DNA of 64,000 nucleotides, taken from contig JBBCGO010000001.1 in the NCBI GenBank assembly GCA_037200925.1, positions 696,235-760,234 of the forward strand, written 5' to 3'. This DNA is from Candidatus Doudnabacteria bacterium (GTDB lineage: Bacteria; Patescibacteriota; Doudnabacteria; UBA920; O2-02-FULL-48-8). The translations under genes and the position numbers were made by a program. Positions 9,951-18,976 of the stretch are shown in pieces. The first letter of the stretch is position 1. Every line of letters starts with the position of its first letter. A model generated the notes under the pieces. It did no database searches and was not told the DNA's origin. It saw only the letters and a list, made by a program, of their open reading frames with translations.

Positions 9951-10083
9951 AAAAAATTTGAGTCGCAGCCCAGCTCGTGCTTGCAAGAGCTGGGCGAGAA
10001 CAAATTTTTTGAGAGGAGCATCTGCAGATCGTAGCACATTTCGCCTTTTGCGAAATTGCGAAGTATCTGCAAGACTGCGACGA
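9951..10083 (+). other. conserved structured noncoding element, copy 1 (A-run/T-run-closed hairpin plus conserved 3' tail abutting tRNA-Val)
   Basis: AAAAAATTTG...CAAATTTTTT outer stem encloses AGTCGCAG-[hairpin]-CGAGAA. It is followed by GAGAGGAGC...GCGAAGT.TCT...GAC.GCGACGA. This is paralogous to 21174-21286 with covarying stems. Confidence 0.45.
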
Positions 10084-10158
10084 GGGCGGTTAGCTCAGTG
10101 GTAGAGCATTTCTTTGACGTAGAAAGGGTCGCTGGTTCGATCCCAGCACCGCCCACCA
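10084..10158 (+). tRNA. tRNA-Val (anticodon GAC)
   Basis: Acceptor gggcggt/accgccc. D arm gctcagtggtagagc. Anticodon loop tt-GAC-gt. T-loop ttcgatc. 3' ACCA. Confidence 0.85.
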
Positions 10159-10256
10159 GAAAATTAAAGCTACGAAATTACGAAAAGTTACGTAAGTACG
10201 AAAGTTTTGTTTCGTATTTTCGTAAAAAATTCGTAGTTCGCAGAGAATCGATCTCT

Positions 10257-10940
10257 ATGGACCTAGAAAAACTCGAGACTAAAATAAAAATACAATTTAA
10301 AGACCGGAACCTGCTGCAGTCAGCGTTGACCCATCGTTCATATCTGAATGAGAACCGCCGCTGGCCGCTGGCGCATAACGAGCGCCTGGAATTTTTGGGC
10401 GACGCGGTTTTGGAATTGATCACAACCGAGTACCTGTACCGGAATTTTCCCAACCCTGAAGGCGAACTGACCAATTTGCGCTCCGCTTTGGTCAATTATA
10501 AGATGTTGTCCGAAATTGCCAGCAGCCTGGAACTGGATAAGTACATTTTGCTTTCCCGAGGAGAATCAAACGATATGGGAAGAGCTCGCCAGGTGATTTT
10601 GGCAAATGCAATTGAGGCCTTGATCGGCGCGATCTATCTGGACTCGGGATTTGAGGTATCAAGAACTTTCATCCATGATTTTGTGATCAATCATCTGGAA
10701 ACCATAGTAAATGCCGGCAATATCCTGGACCCCAAAAGCAAATTTCAGGAACTGGCGCAGGAAAAGCTGGGCGTGACGCCGCATTATAAGGTTTTGGCCG
10801 AATGGGGGCCTGATCATAACAAAAATTTTGAGGTTGGAGTGTTTATCAATGACAAGCAGATCGCCAAGGGTTCAGGCCCGTCCAAACAGGAGGCGGAAAT
10901 TGCGGCGGCGGAAAACGGCCTCAAGGTTTCTGATCTATAA
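10257..10940 (+). CDS. rnc: ribonuclease III
   Basis: RNase III signature ERLEFLGDAVL. C-terminal dsRBD. Start set at MDLEKLE, because the ORF-track N-terminal extension (10056..) runs through tRNA-Val. Confidence 0.9.
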   Translation: MDLEKLETKIKIQFKDRNLLQSALTHRSYLNENRRWPLAHNERLEFLGDAVLELITTEYLYRNFPNPEGELTNLRSALVNYKMLSEIASSLELDKYILLSRGESNDMGRARQVILANAIEALIGAIYLDSGFEVSRTFIHDFVINHLETIVNAGNILDPKSKFQELAQEKLGVTPHYKVLAEWGPDHNKNFEVGVFINDKQIAKGSGPSKQEAEIAAAENGLKVSDL

Positions 10941-10959
10941 TTCGGGAAACTAACACTAA

Positions 10960-13161
10960 ATGTATTTAAAGCGACTGGAACTGCAGGGGTTCAAATCCTT
11001 TGCGCATAAAACCGTGCTTGATTTTGATCCCGGAATGACTGCCGTGGTCGGTCCGAACGGCTCGGGCAAATCAAATGTGGCTGATGCTCTCCGCTGGGTC
11101 ATGGGCGAGCAGTCTTTGAAGCTGCTGCGCGGTAAAAAATCCGAGGACGTGATCTTTGCCGGCTCAGACAAAAAATCCAAGCTTTCCGTGGCTGAAGTGT
11201 CTTTAACTTTTGACAATAAAGATCATAAGATTCCCGTGGAATATGGGGAAGTGGTGATCACCAGAAGATTGTTCCGCAACGGCGACTCAGAATACCTGAT
11301 GAACAACCAGCGGGTCCGACTGTTCGACGTGATAGACGCGCTCATGCGTTCTGGTTTTGGGGCGACAAATTATGCCGTGATAGGCCAGGGAACCATTGAT
11401 CAGATGGTTTTGGCCGGTCCCTCTGAGATCAAAAATTTGGTCGAGGAAGCATCCGGGGTCAAGCCTTATTATTTGAAGCGTGAAAAAACATTAAGGCGCC
11501 TGGCGCAGACCGAGGAAAACCTGGGCCGGGTCTCGGAGCTTCTGAAGGAGATCGAGCCAAGGCTCAAGTCCTTAAAGCGCCAGGCCAAGCGCATGGAGGA
11601 GCGCGAAGCTCTTGCATCTGAATTGAGTATTTTGCAAATGGAATATTTCGGCAATCAGTCGTTTTTGCTGGAAACGGAACTTAATGCAGTAGCAGAACGT
11701 TTGGCCATCAAAAGCGCGGTGATCACGCAGGCGGATAGTGAGATCGCGGCCTTCCAGAAAACTTTGGATAAAGAAGAACAGCAGACCGGAAAAGCAAATA
11801 ATTTTATCGAAGAATTGGAAAAAAAGCTCAAGGATTTAGAGGATGGAAAATTAACTCTGCTGGAACAATTGGCGGAACTTCGCGGCAAGCTGAAATTGGA
11901 ATCATCCAATGATGCAGCTAATAAATTTTCTTTAGAAAATTTTTCAAATAAACTTGTCCAATTCAAGCATTCATTTGAAATGATCCTGGATTCGCTCAAG
12001 GCGGATAACATTGCCGAGATCAGGCACAAGTTAAGAGAATTGGTGGAAAGTTTCAGCAAGCATTCCGATCCCGCCCATCAGGATCTGAAACCGGCCAATG
12101 ATGAATTGCTAAATCAGAAGAAAACTTTAGATGTTAAGCTTGAAGTGATCGTGAAAGAGATCCATGAACAAAACAGCGCCAAGAATAAATTATTGGCCGA
12201 AGAAAGGCAGAAAAAAGGATTTTTGACCGAAGAAGAAAAAAAATTCCGCAGTAAATCGCTGGAATTAGTCCGCCTCAAAGACGAACAAAACCTGGTTTTG
12301 GTGGAGAAAGCCAAGTTGGAAACGAGACTAGAAGGGCTCCACAAAGAGATCAAGGAAGCCTTGGGCCAGATCCCGGCAGATCTTGCCCGGTACAAAAAAC
12401 CTCAGATTCTGCCGAATCTGCCGAATCAAATATTAAAATTAAAGCATCAGCTGGAGTTGGCCGGCGGCATTGATGAATCGACTTTAAATGAGTTTAAAGA
12501 AACTCAGCAGAGGTTTGACTATTTATCCGAACAATCGTCTGATCTGAGCCAGGCAGTGGTTGATCTTAGGAGCGTGATCGAAGATCTGGACCAGATCATC
12601 AAGAAGCAGTTTGACGAGGCGTTCGATAAAATTTCTGCGAAGTTCTCTGAATATTTCCGGATATTGTTCAACGGCGGACGCTCGCAGATGAGTCTGCTTC
12701 GTGCCGCAAAGGAATCGGAGGAAAGTCTGCAAGAAGCCGAGGAAGATGAGGAAGAATCCGCAGCAATGGACGGGGTCAGGCATAAAAAAGCCGTGCAGGA
12801 AATCGTCGGAATTGAAATAAAAGCCACGCCACCGGGTAAGAAACTGGCCTCGATCACGGCTCTGTCAGGAGGCGAGCGGGCGCTTACGGCAATTGCTTTG
12901 CTTTGCAGCATGCTGGCCTGTTATCCTTCGCCGTTCGTGGTTCTGGATGAGGTTGATGCAGCCCTTGATGAAGCCAATTCCATCCGTTTTGCCAGTATTC
13001 TGGGAACTCTGGCCCATCAAACGCAGTTCATCACGATCACGCATAACCGCGAAACTATGCGCCAGGCCCATACGCTGTATGGCGTGACCATGACCGAGGA
13101 AGGGATTTCCAAGATCTTGTCGTTAAAACTTGAGCAGGCGGAAAAGATCGAAGTGAAATGA
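10960..13161 (+). CDS. smc: SMC-family chromosome segregation ATPase (short form, 733 aa)
   Basis: N-terminal Walker A GPNGSGKSN. Long coiled-coil. C-terminal ABC signature LSGGERALTAIALL and Walker B VVLDEVDAALD. Sits in the conserved rnc-smc position. Confidence 0.7.
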   Translation: MYLKRLELQGFKSFAHKTVLDFDPGMTAVVGPNGSGKSNVADALRWVMGEQSLKLLRGKKSEDVIFAGSDKKSKLSVAEVSLTFDNKDHKIPVEYGEVVITRRLFRNGDSEYLMNNQRVRLFDVIDALMRSGFGATNYAVIGQGTIDQMVLAGPSEIKNLVEEASGVKPYYLKREKTLRRLAQTEENLGRVSELLKEIEPRLKSLKRQAKRMEEREALASELSILQMEYFGNQSFLLETELNAVAERLAIKSAVITQADSEIAAFQKTLDKEEQQTGKANNFIEELEKKLKDLEDGKLTLLEQLAELRGKLKLESSNDAANKFSLENFSNKLVQFKHSFEMILDSLKADNIAEIRHKLRELVESFSKHSDPAHQDLKPANDELLNQKKTLDVKLEVIVKEIHEQNSAKNKLLAEERQKKGFLTEEEKKFRSKSLELVRLKDEQNLVLVEKAKLETRLEGLHKEIKEALGQIPADLARYKKPQILPNLPNQILKLKHQLELAGGIDESTLNEFKETQQRFDYLSEQSSDLSQAVVDLRSVIEDLDQIIKKQFDEAFDKISAKFSEYFRILFNGGRSQMSLLRAAKESEESLQEAEEDEEESAAMDGVRHKKAVQEIVGIEIKATPPGKKLASITALSGGERALTAIALLCSMLACYPSPFVVLDEVDAALDEANSIRFASILGTLAHQTQFITITHNRETMRQAHTLYGVTMTEEGISKILSLKLEQAEKIEVK

Positions 13162-13781
13162 TCGCAAATATTTTTTCACATATAACGAATTTTATAATTC
13201 ATACGATTGATCTATGGGGATACACCGGCGTTGCAGTATTGATGGCAATTGAATCGGCTGCAATTCCTTTGCCGAGCGAGGTCATCATGCCGTTTGCCGG
13301 ATTTTTGGTGGCTTCCCAAAGATTCAGTCTGCTAGGCTTGGGTTTGGCAGGCGCTACCGGTTCTACGATAGGCTCCTGGCTGACTTATTGTTTAGGCTAT
13401 TACGGCGGACGGCCTTTGATTGAGCGTTACGGCCATTGGGTTTTCTTGAGTGAACGGGAACTTAACCTGACTGAAAAGTTTTTTAAAAAATTCGGCCATT
13501 GGTCGACTTTTTTCGGCCGCCTGCTCCCTGTGATCAGGACTTTCGTTTCGATTCCCGCCGGCATCAGTAAAGTTGATTTTTTATCGTTTACGATAACAGC
13601 TTTCATCGGCTCTTTTATCTGGTCCTATTTTTTGGCCTGGCTGGGGCAGCGCCTGGGCGAGCATTGGCATGATCTGGAAAACTATTTCAGAAAATTTGAT
13701 ATACTGATAGTTGCTGTTATCGTGATTTTTATTATCTACTGGATCAGAAGACATTTAAAAGCGGTTTCTTTAAGGAGTTGA
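13158..13781 (+). CDS. DedA/TVP38 family membrane protein
   Basis: DedA core motifs (AIESAAIPLPSE, GRLLPVIRTFVSIPAG). Four or more TM segments. Confidence 0.8.
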   Translation: MIANIFSHITNFIIHTIDLWGYTGVAVLMAIESAAIPLPSEVIMPFAGFLVASQRFSLLGLGLAGATGSTIGSWLTYCLGYYGGRPLIERYGHWVFLSERELNLTEKFFKKFGHWSTFFGRLLPVIRTFVSIPAGISKVDFLSFTITAFIGSFIWSYFLAWLGQRLGEHWHDLENYFRKFDILIVAVIVIFIIYWIRRHLKAVSLRS

Positions 13782-13823
13782 CCTTGCAACTTACTTTTGT
13801 TATGCTATGCAGGCATAAAAAAT

Positions 13824-14168
13824 ATGTTAACAATACGATTACAACGTACAGGGACCAAGAACAAAGCCGACTTCCGGATCGTTTTGGCGCAGGCTCACCG
13901 CAGCGCGTCCAAAAAAGTTTTGGAAGTTTTGGGGCACTATAATCCGCGCAGCAAGAACTTCGGCATCAAAGACCCGGAACGGCTGAACTATTGGATCGCC
14001 CAGCATGTCCAGATTTCTCCGACAGTCCACAATTTATTCGTAGAGAAAAAATTGGTAACCAGCAAGAAGGTTAAAGCCTGGCAGCCCAAGAAAAAAGCGG
14101 GTGCTTCCGCTGTGGTGAGTGAGGCTGCTGCGCCGGCAGAACCTGCTAAGGTTGAATCCCCAGCGTAG
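13824..14168 (+). CDS. rpsP: 30S ribosomal protein S16 with Ala/Pro/Lys-rich C-terminal tail
   Basis: MLTIRLQRTGTKN...FRIV S16 N-terminus. Start trimmed to the internal ATG at 13824. Confidence 0.9.
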   Translation: MLTIRLQRTGTKNKADFRIVLAQAHRSASKKVLEVLGHYNPRSKNFGIKDPERLNYWIAQHVQISPTVHNLFVEKKLVTSKKVKAWQPKKKAGASAVVSEAAAPAEPAKVESPA

Positions 14169-14205
14169 ATTTGGTATTATTTATTTAACAATTAACCATA
14201 CAGAC

Positions 14206-14559
14206 ATGGCACAAGAACAAGACCAGGAATTTGTTGAATATCTCGTGCGCGCTCTGGTTGATCATCCCGAAGATGTGAAAACCGAACGGACAGTGGACGA
14301 GATGGGGGTGTTGATCACCCTGCACCTGCACCCGGAAGATATGGGTCAGGTGATCGGCCGGCAAGGCCAGACCGCCAAATCCATTCGCACATTACTGCGG
14401 GTGGTCGGGGCAAAAAGAAAGTCTCGCGTGAATCTGAAGATCCACGAACCGGAAGGTTCGAAGCGGCCGATGGGCCGGGATTCGAGAGATACGGAAGGTC
14501 GGGAGTCAAAAGATACGGATAAAGAATTGGCAACCGACATCGACGAGTTTAAACTCTAA
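14206..14559 (+). CDS. KH-domain RNA-binding protein (YlqC/UPF0109 family) with charged C-terminal extension
   Basis: GxxG KH core VIGRQGQTAKSIRTL. Canonical position after rpsP. Start at MAQEQDQ (14206). Confidence 0.8.
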   Translation: MAQEQDQEFVEYLVRALVDHPEDVKTERTVDEMGVLITLHLHPEDMGQVIGRQGQTAKSIRTLLRVVGAKRKSRVNLKIHEPEGSKRPMGRDSRDTEGRESKDTDKELATDIDEFKL

Positions 14560-14562
14560 ATC

Positions 14563-14590
14563 AAAACCCCGCAAACTGTGCGGGGTTTTT
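14563..14590 (+). terminator. rho-independent terminator
   Basis: ccccgc-aaactgt-gcgggg hairpin followed by TTTTT. Confidence 0.7.
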
Positions 14591-14599
14591 AATTCCCAA

Positions 14600-15292
14600 A
14601 TGAAATTTATTATTCTAACTTTATTCCCCGAAGCATTTGAGTCTTACCTGAACGTAAGCTTACTTAAGCGCGCTCTGGCGAAAAAATTGATCAGGATCGA
14701 ACTGAAGAATTTGCGGGATTGGGGAGAAGGGGCACATAAAAGCGTAGACCAAAGACCATACGGCGGAGGGGTGGGTATGGTCTTGCGAGTTGATATTATT
14801 GATAAGGCCCTGAAGAGTCTAAAACTTAGGAAAGGCAAAAAAGGACAAGCGATAATTCTGATGACTCCGCAGGGAAAAGTTTTCAATCAAAGAACAGCCA
14901 ATAAATTAGCTGACTACAAAACTATTTGCTTAATTTGTGGTCGCTATGAGGGTTTTGACGAGCGCATTCGTGATCTGGTTGACATGGAAATATCTTTGGG
15001 CGATTTTGTTTTGACGGGCGGCGAAATTCCGGCTCTGGCAATTCTGGATACTGTTGCCCGCTTAGTCCCGGGCGTGGTGGGCAAAGAAGAATCTTTGATC
15101 AATGAAAGCTTTAGCGACGGGATTCTTGAATATCCGCAATACACGCGACCCGAAAATTATAAAGGCAAACGAGTACCGAAAGTTTTGTTAACCGGCCATC
15201 ATGCCAAGATCAATGAATGGCGAAAGTCTGAGGCTTTAAAACGGACAAAAAAAAGAAGACCGGATTTATTGAAAAACAATGCCAAAATTTGA
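14600..15292 (+). CDS. trmD: tRNA (guanine37-N1)-methyltransferase
   Basis: TrmD family pattern (ILTLFPE, GRYEGFDERI, LTGGEIPA). Confidence 0.9.
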   Translation: MKFIILTLFPEAFESYLNVSLLKRALAKKLIRIELKNLRDWGEGAHKSVDQRPYGGGVGMVLRVDIIDKALKSLKLRKGKKGQAIILMTPQGKVFNQRTANKLADYKTICLICGRYEGFDERIRDLVDMEISLGDFVLTGGEIPALAILDTVARLVPGVVGKEESLINESFSDGILEYPQYTRPENYKGKRVPKVLLTGHHAKINEWRKSEALKRTKKRRPDLLKNNAKI

Positions 15293-16181
15293 ATCACAAG
15301 AAACGAATCGTTTGGATAAATTTTTAGCAACAGTTGCCAGTGTTTCTCGCGGCAAGGTTCAAAAAGCTATCAAACAAGGCCAGGTTTCAGTGAATCAAAA
15401 AGTCATCATTGAGCCTGATTTCAAAATTGCTCCAGGTGACCAGATCGAACTGCCTGAATTTGAAAGCGAAGAACTAAAGCCAAGCAATTTGGAACTAAAA
15501 GTTGTTTTTGAGAATGACGATGTTGCGGTAATTGATAAGCCGGCAGGATTGGTTGTACACCCAGGTGCCGGGAACAAGGAAGATACTCTGGCCCAGGCTT
15601 TGATTACCAAATATCCCGGTATTGAAAACGTAGGAGAACCTCATCGGCCCGGAATTGTTCATCGATTGGATGAGGATACCTCGGGTTTGATCCTGATCGC
15701 CAAAAATCCCAAAAGCTTTGAATACTTTAAAAAACTGTTCCTGGACAGGAAAGTGGAAAAAGAATATTTGGCTTTAGTTCATGGCATCTCGCCCAAAACC
15801 CACGACGTGATTGATCTGCCGATACAACGGGTGCCGCTGAAACAAAAAATGAAGATCGGATTGGGTAAACCTGCGTTGACCGAATACTGGGTTTTGGCCG
15901 ACTCTGGACAATATTCTTTGCTTCGTGTAAAATTGCATACAGGTCGCACACATCAGATCAGAGTTCATCTTTCCCATATCGGCCATCCGATTGTTGGAGA
16001 CCAGGTTTACGGAAAAAAAGAAGACACGAAAATCCTTTCCCGGCAGTTCCTGCATGCGTATAAACTCAAGTTTCAATTGCCCAATGGGACGTGGATAGAA
16101 TTATTTTCAAGTTTACCCCGGGATTTAAAAGATATACTTAAAAAAGTTAATATCACTTATGACAATGATCCAAACATTTAG
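15279..16181 (+). CDS. RluA-family 23S rRNA pseudouridine synthase (RluD-like) with S4 domain
   Basis: N-terminal S4-like RNA-binding region. Catalytic HRLDEDTSGLIL motif. It occupies the usual rimM position; no rimM is present. Confidence 0.85.
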   Translation: MPKFESQETNRLDKFLATVASVSRGKVQKAIKQGQVSVNQKVIIEPDFKIAPGDQIELPEFESEELKPSNLELKVVFENDDVAVIDKPAGLVVHPGAGNKEDTLAQALITKYPGIENVGEPHRPGIVHRLDEDTSGLILIAKNPKSFEYFKKLFLDRKVEKEYLALVHGISPKTHDVIDLPIQRVPLKQKMKIGLGKPALTEYWVLADSGQYSLLRVKLHTGRTHQIRVHLSHIGHPIVGDQVYGKKEDTKILSRQFLHAYKLKFQLPNGTWIELFSSLPRDLKDILKKVNITYDNDPNI

Positions 16182-16503
16182 AGAAGAACAGTTAAAGGCA
16201 ATTCCGAAACTAAAAGCCGGATACATCGTGCGCGTATATCAAAAGATCAAAGATGTCTCGCCTGACGGCAAAGAAAAAGAACGCGTCCAGATATTTGAAG
16301 GCCAGGTTATCGGTACCCGCGGCGGCAAAGCCATCAACGGCACTGTGACCGTGCGCAAGATCTCTTCCGGCATCGGCGTGGAACGCATTTTTCCCATTCA
16401 TTCACCAAACATAGAAAAGATAGAAGTAGTGAAAGAAACCCCGGCCAGAAAAACCAAGCTCTACTACACAAGAAAAGGACAGGAAGCGAAGGTCAGAGAA
16501 TAA
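16159..16503 (+). CDS. rplS: 50S ribosomal protein L19
   Basis: L19 family sequence (RVYQKIKD...QVFEGQVIG). Confidence 0.9.
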   Translation: MTMIQTFREEQLKAIPKLKAGYIVRVYQKIKDVSPDGKEKERVQIFEGQVIGTRGGKAINGTVTVRKISSGIGVERIFPIHSPNIEKIEVVKETPARKTKLYYTRKGQEAKVRE

Positions 16504-16507
16504 ATTT

Positions 16508-16535
16508 AAAACCGCCAGCGATGGCGGTTTTTTTG
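16508..16535. terminator. bidirectional intrinsic terminator between rplS(+) and sodA(-)
   Basis: A-run, then accgcc-agcgat-ggcggt hairpin, then T-run. Confidence 0.7.
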
Positions 16536-16579
16536 TTCATGACTTTGCTCAGTAGCATGCTACTGAGCAAAAAATATCT

Positions 16580-17161
16580 CTATATCAATTTCAGCACTTT
16601 CCACCAAGCATCAATATACTCAGGCCGTTTGTTTTGATATTTCAAATAATATGCATGTTCCCAGACATCAAGGCCCAGAACCGGCGTGTGGCCATGCAGA
16701 TACGGTGAATCTTGATTGGGCATGCCATGCAGATGCAGTTTGCCGGACACATCCCGTGCCAGCCAGGCCCAGCCTGAGCCAAATTGCTTGGTCGCAATAT
16801 CCGTAAATTGTTTTTTGAATTCATCAACTGAGCCAAAGACTTTGTTGATATCTGAAACTAGCTTTTCATTCTTATTGTTCGCAGGGTCCAGGATCTTCCA
16901 AAACAGGGAATGGTTGAGGTGTCCGCCGCCGTGATTGCGGATCGCGATCCGGTCCTCATCATCAACCTTGAGCGAATAGAGATCTCTTAATAGTTCGTCA
17001 ACCGGTTTGTCCTGCAATTCCGGATATTTTGCCAAAGCGGCGTTTAATTTATCTATATAGGCCTGATGATGCTTGGTATAATGGATTTCCATGGTTTTGG
17101 CGTCAATGTAAGGCTCCAATGCATTATAAGCATAGGGAAGTTTTGGCAATTCTTGTTTCAT
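16580..17161 (-). CDS. sodA: Fe/Mn superoxide dismutase
   Basis: Signature residues: HHxxHH..Y N-terminal domain and DVWEHAYY C-terminal metal-binding motif. Confidence 0.9.
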   Translation of the reverse strand: MKQELPKLPYAYNALEPYIDAKTMEIHYTKHHQAYIDKLNAALAKYPELQDKPVDELLRDLYSLKVDDEDRIAIRNHGGGHLNHSLFWKILDPANNKNEKLVSDINKVFGSVDEFKKQFTDIATKQFGSGWAWLARDVSGKLHLHGMPNQDSPYLHGHTPVLGLDVWEHAYYLKYQNKRPEYIDAWWKVLKLI

Positions 17162-17224
17162 AAGTATAGGTTAATGTTGATATTTGCAAATTAACATTTG
17201 TTGTTACTCAAGTCAATCGGCAGG

Positions 17225-17252
17225 TTGACATACAGGCAGTTTATGGTATATT
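17225..17252 (+). promoter_or_regulatory. candidate sigma70-type promoter upstream of rny
   Basis: TTGACA (17225-17230), 16 nt, TATATT (17247-17252). Confidence 0.4.
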
Positions 17253-17461
17253 AGAAATAGCTTAAAAAGCTAAATATATTGAATTTTAAGTATTGCTGAT
17301 CGTTGGTTGCATCTTTGATTCATGACTAATTCTTTTGTGTCCAATTTAATCCTAAAAATTTCCACTCTCACAAATTTCGAAAGAGGGTTTTCAACGTTTT
17401 AATTTGATACAAACAATAAAGTTCAGAATGATGCGACCAACAAAGCTTGGAAAGGTTTTGT

Positions 17462-18976
17462 ATGCTTATTGGAATTATTGTTGGAGCGCTTTTAGGAGCA
17501 ATGGTGGGTTATCTGATCCGCAAAGTGCAGATCGCCAACCAGGTAAACTCCATTGAAGGCCGGGTCGCCAGGGCTTTGGAGGAAGCAAAAAATAAGGAAA
17601 AGGAAATTTTGCTTGATGCCAAATCGAAAGCACTGGAAATTGTAGGCCAGGGTAAAAAGGCAGAAGAAGAATTTCGGAACCAGATCATCAAAGTCGAGGA
17701 CCGCTTAAGCCGCAAGGAATCGGACCTCGAACGCAAGCTGTCCGAATCCGAGAAGCTCAAAGAAGATCTGAATTTCAAAAAAACAGAGATCGAGAAAACC
17801 AAAGATGAGATGCGGGGACTGAAGCAAAAACAGCTTGAGCAACTGCAGAAGATCTCAGGGCTTTCAACTGAGGACGCCAAAAGAGTTCTTTTGGAATCCA
17901 CGGAAAAGAGCGTGAAAGAAGAGCTGACCATGCTGACCCACAAACTGGTCAACCAGGCCCGCGAGGATGCGGATAAAAAAGCCCGCGATATTGTAGCTCT
18001 CGCCATACAGCGCTGCGCATCAGAGGTCACCAGCGAAATGACGACCACGGCTGTGACTTTGCCGAGCGAAGAAATGAAAGGGCGGATCATCGGCAAAGAA
18101 GGCCGAAACATCCGGACCTTTGAGCAGATGCTGGGAGTGGAGGTCATCGTTGACGACACGCCTGATGCCGTGATCATTTCCGGCTTCAATTCGGTCCGCC
18201 GCCATATCGCGAAGATCGCCCTGGAAAAATTGATTTTGGACGGCCGCATTCATCCTGCTAAAATTGAAGAAGCAACGGAGAAAGCCAAAAAAGAAGTTTC
18301 TGACATGATCAAAGAAGCAGGCGAGCAGGCAGTGTATGAACTGGGTATTGCCAATTTTCCGCCAAAATTAGTGCAGCTGATCGGGAGGCTCAAATTCCGC
18401 ACCAGCTACGGCCAAAACGTACTCAAACATTCGATAGAGATGGCCAAGCTGGCGGCATTGATGGCCGAAGAGATCGGCGCTGATGTTATGACCGTCAAAC
18501 AAGGAGCCCTGCTGCATGACATCGGCAAAGCCTTGGACCAGGATATGGAAGGTACTCACGTGGAGATCGGCAAACAGATCGCGAAAAAGTTCAATCTGCC
18601 CGAAAAAATAGTGAATGCGATCGAAGCCCATCACGGCGATGTGGAATACACTTCTATTGAAGCCGCTATCGTTGATGCTGCTGACAATATTTCCGGAGCA
18701 AGGCCCGGAGCTAGGCGCGATACCTATGAAAATTACGTAAAAAGACTTGAGGAACTGGAGAGCCTGGCGCACAGCTTTGAGGGCGTTGATAAAGTTTACG
18801 CTATTCAGGCAGGAAGAGAGATCCGGGTGTTTGTTAAACCCGACAAACTGGATGATTGGGGGGCGACGAAATTGGCCCGCGAGATCGCCAATAAGATAGA
18901 ACAGGATCTGAAGTATCCGGGAGAGATCAGGGTCATGGTCATCAGGGAAACAAGAGTAATCGAATATGCAAGGTAA
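17462..18976 (+). CDS. rny: ribonuclease Y
   Basis: N-terminal TM helix. Coiled-coil. KH domain (GRIIGKEGRNIR). HD domain (LLHDIGK, HHGD). Start at the ATG at 17462 with GGAAAGG SD. Confidence 0.9.
   Translation: MLIGIIVGALLGAMVGYLIRKVQIANQVNSIEGRVARALEEAKNKEKEILLDAKSKALEIVGQGKKAEEEFRNQIIKVEDRLSRKESDLERKLSESEKLKEDLNFKKTEIEKTKDEMRGLKQKQLEQLQKISGLSTEDAKRVLLESTEKSVKEELTMLTHKLVNQAREDADKKARDIVALAIQRCASEVTSEMTTTAVTLPSEEMKGRIIGKEGRNIRTFEQMLGVEVIVDDTPDAVIISGFNSVRRHIAKIALEKLILDGRIHPAKIEEATEKAKKEVSDMIKEAGEQAVYELGIANFPPKLVQLIGRLKFRTSYGQNVLKHSIEMAKLAALMAEEIGADVMTVKQGALLHDIGKALDQDMEGTHVEIGKQIAKKFNLPEKIVNAIEAHHGDVEYTSIEAAIVDAADNISGARPGARRDTYENYVKRLEELESLAHSFEGVDKVYAIQAGREIRVFVKPDKLDDWGATKLAREIANKIEQDLKYPGEIRVMVIRETRVIEYAR

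Noticed and set aside
10056-10256. N-terminal 67-aa extension of the rnc ORF; likewise 63296..63583 and the first part of 63342..63641
   Set aside because: The extensions read through tRNA-Val (10084-10158) and tRNA-Ile (63306-63380) respectively. The real starts are downstream of the tRNAs.
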